From Massalongia carnosa (lineage: Eukaryota): DNA of 64,000 bases. Shown one piece after another: positions 12,577 to 25,331 of the stretch. The stretch lies in NCBI GenBank assembly GCA_965645245.1, contig OZ287069.1:1798001-1862000 (forward strand). Direction: 5' to 3'. The notes beneath the pieces are model-generated. The model was not told the origin of the DNA. It made no database searches and worked only from the letters and a program-made list of their open reading frames with translations. Position numbers and translations under genes: made by a program. Position 1 is the first letter of the stretch, and the number at the start of each line of letters is the position of its first letter.

Positions 12577-13563
12577 ATGCGGTTCTCAAAGATGAAGGTA
12601 CGCTGGCTTCCACTCCTCCACTTCTGTTTCCTCCTCTTACTGGTTATGATTCTCGCGATAAATGCACTCCTTCACATGGTCGAAGCAATCTATCCGTTAT
12701 TTCTCCACACTCGAATTCAACCCCAGAGTGGCTGCAACGGCTACCCCGAACTATGTAATCGCAGCTATGCCAACATCACGCAAATAGGTACGCATGGCTC
12801 TCCATTTGTGGGCATTCTCCCCACAATGAACCAGAACGTTCAGGTGACAACCCAGCTAGATTCAGGCATTCGATTTTTGCAGGCCCAGACGCACCTCAGC
12901 GTTTTAAATATATTGAGTCTTTGCCACACGTCCTGCTTCCTAAGCAATGCTGGCCCGGTGCAAAACTACCTCGCTGTGGTCAAAGACTGGCTAGACAAGC
13001 ATCTGCAAGAAGTGGTGACGATACTATTCACTAACGGGGACCACGTCGACATCCGCGAGTTCGATCAAGCCTTCGTTGCCAGCGGCATCAAACCCTACGC
13101 CTACATCCCCACGTACGCAGAGGGACAATCCACGTACGCCTGGCCAACCCTCGGGGAAATGATCACCAACGGCACCCGTCTGGTCGTTTTCCTCGACTCG
13201 GGCGCTTCGCCACGCGTCCCCTACATCCTCGGCGAATTCGCCTATTTCTGGGAAACGCCCTTCGACTCCACCGGCCCCGCCTTCTTCCGGTGCGATGTCG
13301 ATCGCGGCCGGCTGGTCTCCGATGCGAACATGTACATCATGAACCACTTCCTCGACACCAACGTCGCCGGCATGTTGGTCCCGGACCGGCGAGACGCAGC
13401 CCACACGAACGCGGCGCGGGGCAAAGGGAGCATTGGGGCCCAGGCCGGCGTGTGTATCCGGCTGCATGGCAGACCGCCGTCGGTCATTCTGGTGGACTAC
13501 TTTGAGCAGGGGGCGGTGTTTGAAGCGCAGAGCGCGCTGAACGGTTTGCCTCGGGTTGCTTGA
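12577..13563 (+). CDS. PI-PLC-like (TIM-barrel) phosphodiesterase with N-terminal hydrophobic anchor/signal
   Basis: Motifs CNGYPELCNRSYANITQIGTHGSPF, NQNVQVTTQLDSGIRFLQAQTH, LCHTSCFL, WPTLGEMITNGTRLVVF, WETPFD and MNHFLD. Start taken as ATG 12577. Confidence 0.85.
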   Translation: MRFSKMKVRWLPLLHFCFLLLLVMILAINALLHMVEAIYPLFLHTRIQPQSGCNGYPELCNRSYANITQIGTHGSPFVGILPTMNQNVQVTTQLDSGIRFLQAQTHLSVLNILSLCHTSCFLSNAGPVQNYLAVVKDWLDKHLQEVVTILFTNGDHVDIREFDQAFVASGIKPYAYIPTYAEGQSTYAWPTLGEMITNGTRLVVFLDSGASPRVPYILGEFAYFWETPFDSTGPAFFRCDVDRGRLVSDANMYIMNHFLDTNVAGMLVPDRRDAAHTNAARGKGSIGAQAGVCIRLHGRPPSVILVDYFEQGAVFEAQSALNGLPRVA

Positions 13564-14407
13564 ACGGGGCGTTTTTTTTTGGTTTTCTATTTGTGGGGGA
13601 TATAACTACTCGCATCGCAGGGGTTCTGCTATGCTTTGGCAAAGTTTTTTTCTTCATCTTCTCCTCTTTCCTTCTAGCCCCTGTTCTGAACCACATAATA
13701 TAATAAAGTAAGATTCCCCTACCTCGACCATGGTTAACTTAAATACTTACCAAAGTATGTATAAATTCCCACAACAATACTAAAAAGAACAAGAAAAATG
13801 TTTCATAAAACCTCCCGCATCCAAAATTATGAATAAAAACAGCTGGCCCAAATTGAACCCCCCCCTTTTTCGCGTTATTCAACCCCCTAAATTCAGATAC
13901 AGAGTATCCGGTATACTGGGAGGTAATTCACCTCATCATTCTCCATCTCCGAGTTCTCGAATTGTCCATATCAATATCGGGAAAGTTCTAGGGATTTTTT
14001 CCGCGTGCGGTTGTTCGCTTGCTTTGGAGAAGGGAGAAGATGAATATGAAAATAGGAAATCGAGGTTGGGAGGAGAGAAAGAGAATAATTGCGTATATAT
14101 TTTATGATTTTACGTAAACTAAAATAGATAAGCATCTATCTATCCAACCAGAAATGTTTCCCTACTAGTCAAAAAGCCAAAAGCCCCCTCCCCTAAAAAG
14201 TGTCGCAGATAAAACATAGGTACCTAGATCCGATGCTAAATCCAAAAAAAAAACACCCTAAAGAATCTTTCCAGAGAAAAAACCTATCCTCCCTTCTTTA
14301 TAAGACCCTTCCCAACCCAACCACCACCACCGCCATTTTCCAGTCTCCAGCTTTCAAGCCTTGACTCCAATCAACCGATGTTTTAAACCCTCCCAAAATC
14401 CACCTTG

Positions 14408-17400
14408 CTAACACACACCCCCATAAAACCGTTTAAATCGATCCCTTCCCTCCCACTCCACCTCAACAACGACCCGCTGACAGGCCATCAACAGCTCGGG
14501 AAACCTCCTAGTCCAAAACCCCAGATACCCTGCCGGCAGCCCACCCACCTTCTCCTTAATGCTCTCGGGCATATCCTCGTAGTGGTTTTTCTTGTTGCGC
14601 AGCGCCCGCAGCAAATCCAGAACCCGCCCGCCGTTGTACTTGCGTTGCTTGCCTAGCGTGTCGCGAAACTCGCGCGGCAGCACGCGGAGGAAGTCGCCTC
14701 CCGCGTCGGCTAGAATGCGAGGGGCGTACGATTCGAGGCGGGACAGGGCGGGCGAGGGCGGATCGCGAGGTTCAAACTCAAAGCCATCGCTAACATGGCA
14801 GAGGAACTCGAGGCGGTCGTCCGCAGGCCAGAAAAAGGGGTGGTGTAGCACGGCGGCGGCGTCCGGACGGTGGCGGGGGTTATGCGCCAGCATGCTGCCA
14901 ATAAGATCCTTGGCTTCCCATTGATAGTCACCTAGGGCGGCAAGGTCATCAAGGTGGTACTGGCCCTTGACGATATTGGCTTCGCGCATGTACTTGCCGT
15001 CCTTATCGAATGGGTGGTTGCCACTCGTGAGGACGTAGTAGAACACGCATCCAAGGCTGAAGACGTCAATGGCCCGCGTGGCGCGACGATTGGTCTGGGG
15101 GTCAACGACTGCAGGCTCCGAGGTGCTGCCGCAGGCGTGGGCGGAGAAGGTGGGGTCCAGCTGGATGGTCGGGGTGACGAGGTCTTCATCGACGAGCAGT
15201 TCGGGGGCGCGCCAGCCCGAGGTGCCGGCCGCGTGGGCGGTGGTTGCGCGGAAGGAGTTTTGATCTCCTTCGAGTTTCTTGCACAGGCCGAAGTCGGAGA
15301 TGAGGAGACGGGGGGGCAGGGCGGTGGATGATGGGTTGTAGGGGATTGCTTTGGGGGCGGAGACGAGAATGTTTTGTGGTTTGATGTCGCGGTGGACGAT
15401 TTTGAGAGAGTGTAGGTATTGTAGGCCTGCAGTGATTTGTTTGAGAACGTCAGGAAGGTCAAGATTGTTTGGTCCAATCAGGGAAGGATAGTTGGAGGGT
15501 TTTTCGATGACGTCTTGGAGCGAGGCAGGACAAAGCTCTAGGGCAATGTATAGAAATTCTCCCGACGACTCCTTATCAAAGTAACGAATGACATTCGGAT
15601 GATCATCGCTTTCTTGAAGGAGGCCCACTTCGTGCGAAGCAATCTCATAGAACTCCCCAAGCATCCTTTTCACCGCAACATCTCGGCCACCAAATGAGCC
15701 TCGATAAACCATTGTGCCGTGGCTTCCGAATCCCAGTACCGTATCTGTGTATACCTTCAAATGTCCAATCTGTATTACAGATCCCGAAACGTCAGTCATG
15801 CTGGTGGTGACATTTCCGTTGACTTTCGTAACATCGGGTTCAACTGTTGGCTCTTGTGCAATCTGCATGACCTGCTGGACAGTCTGTTCGACAGCATCGT
15901 TTTGCTCATGTTTACTATTGCTCCTCTTTTTCCTATGTTTGACGCCACCTCGCACTCCTCGGCGAGCCTTCTTCTTCCCTGGTTGCGGCGAGTTGGGACC
16001 GTCCTCCTCCTCTGGAGCGGGAGAGCGTTCTTCAAACCGAACGCCATGGTCGATCTCCCTTCGTCCCCGATCCTCCTCCACAGAAATAGTTCTACTGCGA
16101 GACAAAATTTGGGGTGGTTCTAACAAGGTCGAGCGTCTTGATCGAGTCGGTGTGATCTCGCCGCTCAATCTTTCCTGAACTTCTTCCACTTGATCCACCG
16201 AAGCAGGAAGTGCTTCTTTGGACCATGGACCATGGGTTACGATCGGAGATGATGGTACAGAAGTGAGTGGTTGGTCCATGGCAGGGAACACATTTTTTAG
16301 GTCTAGGTTCTTCTTGAGGACCTTGCTAAGGAATCGTCTATTCACTCCGAGGAAGGTGAACATAAGGATTACCATCAACGCAATCACAATATCAGTCGCG
16401 TTTGCGGCCGCACTTCCAATAATTCTGCTTTTACCTATGATCGGTAAGGAAGGCAATGAAGGAGCATCGGCGTAGACGCTGATTGGAGCATCATCAACGG
16501 CTTCAGCCCCCACCGGTGGAGCTGAGATTGTCAAACCACTTCCCCGCCAAGTCTCGAGCTCAGAGATATCATGGACGCCAACAAATGCTTCTTGCCGCTG
16601 GGCAACGCTGAGAGTTTGTGCCCCTGGATTGGACTCGAGCCATCGCTTGTCGTAGCATTGCGCGAGTTGCGCTCGGCCGGTGACAAGCGGATAAGTACTC
16701 TCCGACATTGCAAACCAGCCTCCCCCTTCAGTGTGGTTGACAAATATGCGATTTCGGTCATGGAATGAATTGTAATTATATTCGCTGTCGATGGGCCCGA
16801 CAGGTTGCTGCAACACGATGAGCTGTGGATCTGGTTCCTCCCCGCTCATCGGTCGGGCAACATCAAATACTCTCACAACTGGCGACGAAAGCTTTTGTGT
16901 ATAAGAGTGTTGCCTATCGACCATTTGTGTGTAGTCCAAACCAAATATACTGCCGTCGTGAAGGGCATACACATACTTCTGATCCATTGTTGTAGAATAT
17001 TGGCTGTGAAGGTCTTCATCTCGAGTGTTTGGTCCCCACTCAGAGTATGTCAACGTGCAGATGGGATCGGTAGTATCTCGGTTTTGTATCGTGATAGTAT
17101 ACTCGGTCCGGCCAAGGACGAAAGACGAACCTGGGCGACATTCCTCATCGTCGAGACTTTCCAGCCCGCTCGTTCTGGGACAGCTTTGGTAAGACTTCCC
17201 AAACGAGCCGACGGAACCAAAGACTTTGGTAATGCTTCCGGTCGCTGCGTCCACCGTGTATAGCTTCGTCTTCTTCTCTGCGTTGTAGACCACTGCAGGG
17301 TCTATACTCTCATATGGCGACATGTCTTCTGCCAACTCTTTGACTGTCATATGTAGCCTTTGCAGTCCATTGCCTCGCTGATTGTAAATATAAATGTCTC

Positions 17401-17977
17401 CATCTCGGCTCGGCTCAACTATCCACAGGAAGTCATATTCGAACCTCGGACCCTCGCTGCTGGATTGGTTTTGCGGGTAGTACGTGGTTTCCACCATTGG
17501 CCGATCCACTTCCAACTCCCATCTTGCAGCCCCCGTTTTCCTGTCTCTTGCATGAATCGACCCATCCACGGTCGCTAGGAGGATGAAGTCCTCAACCTCC
17601 CAGTCCTGTAGAGACCGCGCATTTTGCGGCGAGGATATTCCAGCGTGCTTACTGGAGCCTCTGACAGGTCGGGGAGCTCGTACGGCACGGTTGTTGCCTG
17701 CCGGAGCTGCGGTTGTTGCAATAGCGCTCGCTCTTTCGGGATTCAATGATGTATCCTTAAGGTGTCTGTACTCCGTCGTCTCCAATTGCTTCCCATCTCG
17801 GTACTCATCGGATTTTCCAGATCGCGTATGATGCTCCACCCACGAACCATGTTCATGCGGTGACTTGCGATAATGTTGCTGTTCCTGTTGTTGCGATGCC
17901 ACCAAAAAGGGCCAAACCAGCAAAGAAGCCGTCAACGCCGAAATCACAGTCTGTCCGGCACCAGCACGCCGTCGCAT
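14408..17977 (-). CDS. IRE1: IRE1 ER-stress sensor kinase/endoribonuclease
   Basis: Signal peptide, luminal domain (ILLATVDGSIHARDRKTG), TM helix, kinase (GFGSHGT, VAVKRML, HRDIKPQN, DFG, GWRAPE) and KEN RNase (DLLRALRNKKNHY). Single 1189-aa ORF. Confidence 0.97.
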   Translation of the reverse strand: MRRRAGAGQTVISALTASLLVWPFLVASQQQEQQHYRKSPHEHGSWVEHHTRSGKSDEYRDGKQLETTEYRHLKDTSLNPERASAIATTAAPAGNNRAVRAPRPVRGSSKHAGISSPQNARSLQDWEVEDFILLATVDGSIHARDRKTGAARWELEVDRPMVETTYYPQNQSSSEGPRFEYDFLWIVEPSRDGDIYIYNQRGNGLQRLHMTVKELAEDMSPYESIDPAVVYNAEKKTKLYTVDAATGSITKVFGSVGSFGKSYQSCPRTSGLESLDDEECRPGSSFVLGRTEYTITIQNRDTTDPICTLTYSEWGPNTRDEDLHSQYSTTMDQKYVYALHDGSIFGLDYTQMVDRQHSYTQKLSSPVVRVFDVARPMSGEEPDPQLIVLQQPVGPIDSEYNYNSFHDRNRIFVNHTEGGGWFAMSESTYPLVTGRAQLAQCYDKRWLESNPGAQTLSVAQRQEAFVGVHDISELETWRGSGLTISAPPVGAEAVDDAPISVYADAPSLPSLPIIGKSRIIGSAAANATDIVIALMVILMFTFLGVNRRFLSKVLKKNLDLKNVFPAMDQPLTSVPSSPIVTHGPWSKEALPASVDQVEEVQERLSGEITPTRSRRSTLLEPPQILSRSRTISVEEDRGRREIDHGVRFEERSPAPEEEDGPNSPQPGKKKARRGVRGGVKHRKKRSNSKHEQNDAVEQTVQQVMQIAQEPTVEPDVTKVNGNVTTSMTDVSGSVIQIGHLKVYTDTVLGFGSHGTMVYRGSFGGRDVAVKRMLGEFYEIASHEVGLLQESDDHPNVIRYFDKESSGEFLYIALELCPASLQDVIEKPSNYPSLIGPNNLDLPDVLKQITAGLQYLHSLKIVHRDIKPQNILVSAPKAIPYNPSSTALPPRLLISDFGLCKKLEGDQNSFRATTAHAAGTSGWRAPELLVDEDLVTPTIQLDPTFSAHACGSTSEPAVVDPQTNRRATRAIDVFSLGCVFYYVLTSGNHPFDKDGKYMREANIVKGQYHLDDLAALGDYQWEAKDLIGSMLAHNPRHRPDAAAVLHHPFFWPADDRLEFLCHVSDGFEFEPRDPPSPALSRLESYAPRILADAGGDFLRVLPREFRDTLGKQRKYNGGRVLDLLRALRNKKNHYEDMPESIKEKVGGLPAGYLGFWTRRFPELLMACQRVVVEVEWEGRDRFKRFYGGVC

Positions 17978-18875
17978 TTTTATGAGAAATAATCCCTACA
18001 AAGCTGACGCTCAGCCTCGGCGGGCTAGCTTCCAAAGGCGTAGGCTGATACAATTGATTGAAGTCAACTTGCTTTCACTCTTGACAGGGCTGAGCATTCT
18101 TTTCGTCCCTGAAGAAAGATTGAAAGGGGGTAGAAATGGGTAGGTAAGTGGGGTATGAAAAGGGAGAATATATGCAAAGAAGATCGGATTCCGTTAAATA
18201 TAAGAGTTCGGAGGATGGGATGATTGATACGCAGGGCACAAGGGTGAACGACAAATCTTCGTCCGGCTGAGGTTGCGACGTCGTATACACAACTAAACCC
18301 CATTGAGCTAGAAGATCACGGGGTGTACCGCGCCATGTCAATCGTTTTACCCCGCCAATCAAACCGGTCAAATCGGCACACAACTATGGTTCAAGACCGC
18401 AAAAATAGGCACGTAACTCTGTATTACATTACTATGTACGGCGCCGCTACAGAAGGAGAGATAGTCACGGGGTACAAGGGCTGGACTCAAAGTTACAAAT
18501 TCTCACGTGATTCTCTTTAAAGGTACATTGGACCTAGCATGAGTTCTGAACGATTGCTTGGTGGTATAGCTATTGATATTAAATGCACATGATAATTTCG
18601 AACTCGCCGATCGAGGACCCCTTTGTGACTTTGACAGAGGCAGCGAGAGCGTAAAGGAAGAAGTTGATAGGTGAGGGGTTGAGAAACTCTCTAGTCAAAT
18701 CCTGCAGAGATGAGGAGGAGTTGGCGGCGCAAGAGAGAGAGAGAGGGGGGGGGTCCAATAAGAAATGATACCATAGCATAGCAATCCGCCCTAACAGTCG
18801 ATGATCACGTTCAAGGCGCCAGGACCAATTGCATAACATCATTGGCAACGCACTGAGTTTCATATCTACGTGAAT

Positions 18876-20622
18876 TCACATTCTCTCTCGTTTGCGGGGA
18901 GCGGACCTAATGATATTATCGACGCGGAGAAGCAGCTGTAATCCTGTCAGCAACGGACCCACGCCGATGTTCTGGCGATTAAAACTCACTTCGGCAGCTT
19001 CTGATGCAGATGATACCACCGCTCGTTTGAGCTTGTAACTCTCGATTACGCCAAGCTCTCGCATGTCGGCAATGCCCCCTCCCGGTGTTAACAGATCCAG
19101 CCCGGAACTCGTCCTGCCCTTGTAGATCTCCTTCTTTAGTCTCGCAACCAGGTCGCTGGAGTCGAAGCCGGCGTTATCGGCTAAGATGGTAGGTAGTTGG
19201 CGGAGAGCGACTGCGAACGAGTCTACCGCAATAGCTTTCTTGCCGGTGACGTTGGGAGCGGCCTGCTCCACAGCTTTGGCCATGACCATTTCGGCACATC
19301 CGCCACCGAGCGTTGTCTTTGGCTCTCGAACCGTTTGCGAAAGTACCGCGAGAGCATCATGTAATGATCGTTCTGCCTCATCCAAAAGCTGCTCCGTCGC
19401 TCCTCGGAGTACGATTGTACATGCTTGCCCAGCGGCAACTCCAGAGAACTTGATGAGGGTGTCTTCTCCAATAATGACTTCTTCGATCAAATCGCACCTT
19501 CCGAGCTTGACGCTCTCAGGATGATCGAAAGTTGAGGCTATTTCGCCTCCGGTCACCAGAGCCAGTCGTTCGATACCATCGAAATCTGCATGTTCAATGG
19601 ACACGATGCCAGCATCGGAGAACAGCTGTTCAGGCCAATTATATATCAGCTGCCGATTGACAAAGCAATTGATCCCATGCGCCTTAATCTTTTCCACCTT
19701 CGCCTTCATTTTCTCCCTCTCGGCCTTTTCCAGCTCGGCCAATTTTCCCGTCGACTCTACCTTGACCCGTGCACCAAATATCTTGATCTTGTCGGTATCC
19801 ATGGCGGTGTTTGCCACCAAGATTTTTGCGTTCTCTAACCGCTTCGGCTGGTTAACACCTATTCGTTTGTCTAGGATGAATCCCTCGTCCAGATAAGAGT
19901 CATTCAGCTTTCCACCGGCTTTCTTAATGATCTGAATATGGCTCAAATCCGTAGATCCTCGCATCCGTAAAACAGCATCGCATGCAAGCTCCGCAAAGTG
20001 ATTTCGATCTTGGCTGAGGACTTTGGAACTAAGTGTCGTTCTCGCGATCGCCAGCAGATCTTTCCGAAACGCGTCCTTGTCATGGCTATGATCAACGGCA
20101 GTTTTTTCCAGGGCAGCCAAAGCGACGCTACTCGCTATTCGGTAACCCTCAATAATCGTCTGAGGGTGGATTTTCTTCTCCACTAGCTTTTCCGCCTCCC
20201 GTAGAAGTTCCGCTGCCAGAACCGTGACAGACGTTGTGCCATCTCCTACCTCGTCATCTTGAACTTTTGAGATGTTGACAAGCACTTTTGCCGCGGCATT
20301 GTCGAGCGCTATTGATTTGAGGATTGTGGCTCCATCGTTTGTTACTATGATCTCCCCCGTTGAGCTGCTACGAGTGAGCAGGACCCTCGACCCGACATAT
20401 GGAAGATTCCCTACGCTGATTGAAGTATTTTATCCATACCTTTGGGGCCTAAGGTGCTCTTGACCAGATCCCCGACAGCGATGGCGCCAACAAAAGCCGA
20501 AAGTCGAGCATTTTCACCTTTTTCTTCGATAACATCATCGGCAAATATTTGGGTCGGGTTGAAAGTAGCCTAGATATCTTCATTAACAATACTTCTCCCG
20601 AAGTGTGGAGGCAACTGACCAT
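18876..20622 (-). CDS. CCT2: T-complex protein 1 subunit beta (CCT/TRiC chaperonin)
   Basis: ATG-only exon 20622-20620, then [57 protein letters not shown] and [12 protein letters not shown]. Last intron 18989-18936 is 54 nt and in frame. Confidence 0.97.
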
Positions 20623-21052
20623 TTTCGCAAGAACACGAAAGGTTTAGGAAGCACAACGTATGAGGGCGAACCTGTGAACCGATTTCACAAATAAAACGAT
20701 GCGCAGTTGCCGTAAAGTGGTCTAAGCTTCTGTACTAAGCCTATATAATAAATAACTACTGTACTCCGCTCAGTCCAGTGGTATGGTGTATACACTAATC
20801 ACCCGCTAAAGCCGTGCCTTGTTTTAATTACGTAATCGATACTGCAGACGGCATCTTTCCCCTGCCCTAATTTCGTTACGAAACGAGAACCTTGCTGAGG
20901 TCACGTCACTATGCGCTGCGCAATCTTCTGCGCCTTGACAGACTCCTCTGTACTCTGTAGAACACCTTGAGACACTCAACACACCCTTCATCATGTTCTT
21001 TGTGCTTCTGGAATCATCAAGCCATTGAGTTTCGCGTATCTACCCTATCGTC

Positions 21053-23796
21053 ATGGCTACCTTTCGGGTATCGAAGGAAAACCCGTACGACAATCAAACG
21101 AAAAACCAAAGAGACATTATCACCCAGTCAATAATCTCCATTGCTTTTGGGCTTGCTGCCTTCCTTGCGTTTTGTGTAAGTCGAGTTTACAAACGTATGA
21201 CCTGCACCGCAATTTAAGCTTATCATGGAACCTATCAGTTCCTGAGGCCAAGATGGCCGGGCCTCTATGCTGCGCGAAAGCGACAGAAGAATGCTGCCGC
21301 AAGGCTACCGGAGCTGCCAGGAACTTTCTTGGGTTGGATACCTGTACTTTATCGAATAACAGATGAGGAGGTTCTTGCTTCAGCCGGGCTTGATGCCTTT
21401 GTGGTAGGTGATCTACAACGCGTTCCAAGCCTTTGATAACTGATCTAGCCTTCAGTTCCTGTCATTTTTTAAGATGGCCATCAGGTTCCTTGCCGTCACC
21501 TTCTTTTTCTCCCTTGTTGTAATTTTACCTGTTCATATGCATTATGGCATTGGTTACATACCTCAAAATAACTTAGGGGGCAACAGCACGGCCCTACTTT
21601 TCACTTATGCGGAACCATACTTCTCAGGCAACCTACGACGCGAAAACTCAAAGACGCCTACCAAAAATCCGGTGCCGCCACAAACAGGTCTGCCATGGAT
21701 GTATGTTGGGTTTGTGTACTTATTTACTTTTCTTGCACTGTATTTGATAGTCACAGAAACAAAGAGAGTTATTCAAGTACGTCAGGGGTACCTTGGGACC
21801 CAATCTTCTATTACGGACCGTACAATTCGGTTATCTGGGATTCCAAAGGATATGAGATCTGAAACAAAAATAAAGGAAACGATTGAGAAATTGGAGATTG
21901 GGCAAGTAGACAGCGTCACGTTGTGCAGAGACTGGAAGGAGTTGGACGATTTGATTGAGCAAAGAATGAAAATCCTACGAAAATTAGAGGAAGCATGGAC
22001 GGTTCACCTGGGTTACAAGCCAGTGTATAAAAATCTAAGATTCGTGGACAATCATTCGTTTCTCTCGCCTGAACATTCGAATGGCGACGACGAAGAAACA
22101 GGGCTTCTCGACGATGATGCCCATGAGCAAAGCCATGTCACCCCTTATGCTCATGATCGACCGATGATTAGGATATGGTATGGTTTTCTGAGTTTACAAA
22201 GCCGGAAACTTGATGCCATCGACTATTATGAGGAGAAACTCCGAAAATTAGATGAACAGATCAAGTCAGCACGAAAAAGGGAGTATAAGCCAACCCCATT
22301 AGCCTTCGTAACGTTGGATTCGATTGCGGCATGTGTAAGTTTGGTTTAAATCTTTGGAGTGATGCACCTAATTCTTTCCAGCAAATGGCCGTCCAGGCTA
22401 CTATGGATCCAGAGCCGATGAGATTGTTGGCAAAACCAGCGCCTGCTCCTTCTGACGTTATATGGCGCAATACCTATCTCTCTCGATCCCACCGTATGAT
22501 ATGGTCTTGGTCTATTACTGCTATCATTGTCGTTCTTACTGTCTTCTGGTCTGTACTACTGGCGCCTCTAGCTGGACTTTTGAGTATTAGCTCCATTCAT
22601 GAAATTTGGCCTCAACTCGCAGATGCTCTTCAAAGCCACCCTCTCAGCAAAACTCTGATTCAGACCGTTCTTCCTACTCTTATCATATCGCTGTTAAACG
22701 TGGTTGTACCATATCTCTATTGGTGTAAGTATTAGCCTTAGAATGAATAAGGGAATATCTAATGAGAACGCCAGGGTTTGCTAATCTTCAGGGGATGGTT
22801 TCACAAGGCGAAGTCGAGATGTCCCTAATATCGAAGAACTTCTTCTTTACTTTTTTCAACCTTTTCTTAGTTTTTACCGTTTTTGGCACAGCCTTCAAAG
22901 CCATTGATATCGGATCTGGAAAATTGGGGGATGGCTTTAAAGACATAGGCGACTCATTCAAAGACACCACGCGCGTCGCTTATATACTAGCGGATTCTCT
23001 CCAAGGGCTGGCACTCTTTTACATTAATCTCATCATCCTGCAGGGTCTTGGCCTGTTTCCATTTCGTCTACTAGAGTTTGGAAGCGTCGCGATGTATCCC
23101 ATATACCTAATCGGTGCTAAGACACCAAGAGGTATGATCTTCCTCTAATCTAGTTGGTGTTATCTGATAATATGTATAGATTATGCAGAACTGGTTCAGC
23201 CGCCGGTGTTCAGCTACGGGTTCTATCTTCCACAGACGATTCTTATTTTCATCATCTGCACAGTTTACAGCGTCCTGCCCAGCTCTTGGCTGGTTCTATT
23301 CTTCGGCTTGGTATATTTCATAATCGGTAACTTCACCTACAAGTATCAGCTTTTATACGCCATGGATCATCGAGAGCATTCCACAGGGAAGGCATGGTCA
23401 ATTATATGTAATCGGATCATCATCGGAATCATCGTTTTTCAGATTGCCATGGCAGGCGTCTTGGCGCTCAAACACGCATTCTATCGCGCGCTCTTGGTCC
23501 TGCCCCTACTTATCGGCACAATCTGGTTCATGGTTTTCTTCCACCGCTCTTACAAACCTTTGATGGGATTCATTGCTCTACGCAGCCTGCATCGCGACAA
23601 AACCCCTGGATCGGTCCCTCTGGCGGAGTCAAGATACGACAGCGAGACCTCGCGGGGTAGAGATGTCGACGAGGACGAGGAGACTGGGTTGCGGTTCATT
23701 AATCCGAGCCTCGTTGTTCCGCTGGAAGACATGTGGGTTGCCAAGAAACCTGCCAATGGTTCTAGTTCTGGGGAGGAAGGGGCGAATAACGTTTGA
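21053..23796 (+). CDS. CSC1/OSCA/TMEM63 (DUF221/RSN1) calcium-permeable stress-gated channel, multi-exon
   Basis: N-terminal TM ending FLAFC|FLRPRW, then AGLDAFV/FLSFFKMAI, DRTIRLSGIP, DAIDYYEEKL, AFVTLDS, PAPSDVIWRN, KNFFFTFFNLFLV and YKYQLLY. Confidence 0.93.
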
Positions 23797-25331
23797 TCCA
23801 TGACCCGCCCCGGCCAGTTAGCGGGGGTGTGTCTTCGGCAAAATTACATTAAGTGGAAGGATCGGTGGTAAGGAGTATCATCCCTACATTGTGAGGAGTT
23901 GCGTGATAGATACCCTAAACTATATTCATTATTACCGTGCACAGGTTTTCGCATGGCATCTTGGCGAGATTGAATCCAATAGGCCAGCACATGAGATTTT
24001 CATCTGAATAGCACGTTATACTTAATCCCTTTCCCTTCGCGCATGGGACTGTTCCCGCGGCTCATCCGATCTTCATTTTCATCCGTGACGCGCATTTTAT
24101 CGTGGCCATTGCTATTTTTTTAGTGGCATATGGTTTAGCAATGATTTGGCATTCCTGGATTTTCAAGGGGGGTTTTTTTTTCATTCCCTTCTCTTGTAGC
24201 TTCATGTTTTCATGCTTTTATTCTTTCTTTATTTCTTTCTCGTCGTTTTCGTTACAGCACACATCCTCTCATGGACGCGCAACTCCATTGGGTGATCTAG
24301 CTCCTCTTCCTCTCCTTCTTCTTCCTCTTCTTGGCCCTATTATTTTGGTGACAAGGTAGTGCAAGATGGGGTGGATCGCTGAGGATGTAGGATTGGTAGG
24401 AGGGGGCGGGGGGCGAGGGGTGAAGTAGAGCGATGAGTTGGGGGGGGGTTAGGGGAGCATTTTGAGATGATGGATGAGGAATACGTTTCAGGTTTGTGAT
24501 GGGCTTGTTTTATGGGAAGAGAGACGGTAGTTTTCTTGATCGAGGCTCGGTGCAGTGTCTTTTCGGTTTCGGTTTCTTTTCTTTTCGAGGGGAAGAGAAT
24601 GCTTTACGAAGCCTTACTTCTTTCCATAACTACTAACTGATGATTAAACGAACCTCTAGAGCGTACATAATAAGTCGTGAGACCGAATTAGGAAACAAAC
24701 CCGGCTAGTCAGGACGGGTATGATGGATGGCAAGCCATGGACATGTCTGGCCAATCAATATCTAATGGGGTAGATATACTCAGCCTCTAGCTTCTTTTTT
24801 TCTCTTTTCTTTGCCGGAGTGAGTGGTTGGGAACGGGAGACTCCTTGAAAGTGCGAAGACTAGCTAGTCGCCCTCTTGCGGTCTGCATTGGGGACTTTTT
24901 TTTGGAAGGGGGGAAGGGAGGTAGAATAGGAAATTTATGCATCGCTGTAAAAAAGGACATTATGAAAAAGCGAGGATTATGGGAGATCAAGTCGGGATTT
25001 GTGTTGTAGCGTAAGAAGTTGTATGGTGGATGGGGTTTAGAGTGGTGATTGGTTGGCTGGGTCACATTTGAGGGGATTTTTGCGGCGTCGAATAAATTTG
25101 AAATAATTTCCCACTCGGTGTGGTGGTTTTATCTAGCTTTGAAGGCTAGTATGACTCGAGAGAGCCAATGCAAACCACCTATTTACGATAATGGATCGTA
25201 CAAGATAACTTGACCTTCACCAATGGCAAACACGACGAATGATTTTGTCAATCAACAAGGTTTTAGATTTCCCCATATTCCTGGTAGTTGACTGCCCCCG
25301 TCCAAGCAACCTTCTCACCTCCCGAAGCACC

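Noticed and set aside
18325..18515. UPRE-like GCCATGTCA and a TCACGTGA upstream of IRE1
   Set aside because: One mismatched short match and one isolated E-box; not distinguishable from chance without conservation data.
18936..18989. Apparent 18-aa insertion near the CCT2 C-terminus
   Set aside because: It is a canonical 54-nt GTGAGT...CTGAC...CAG intron that happens to be in frame.
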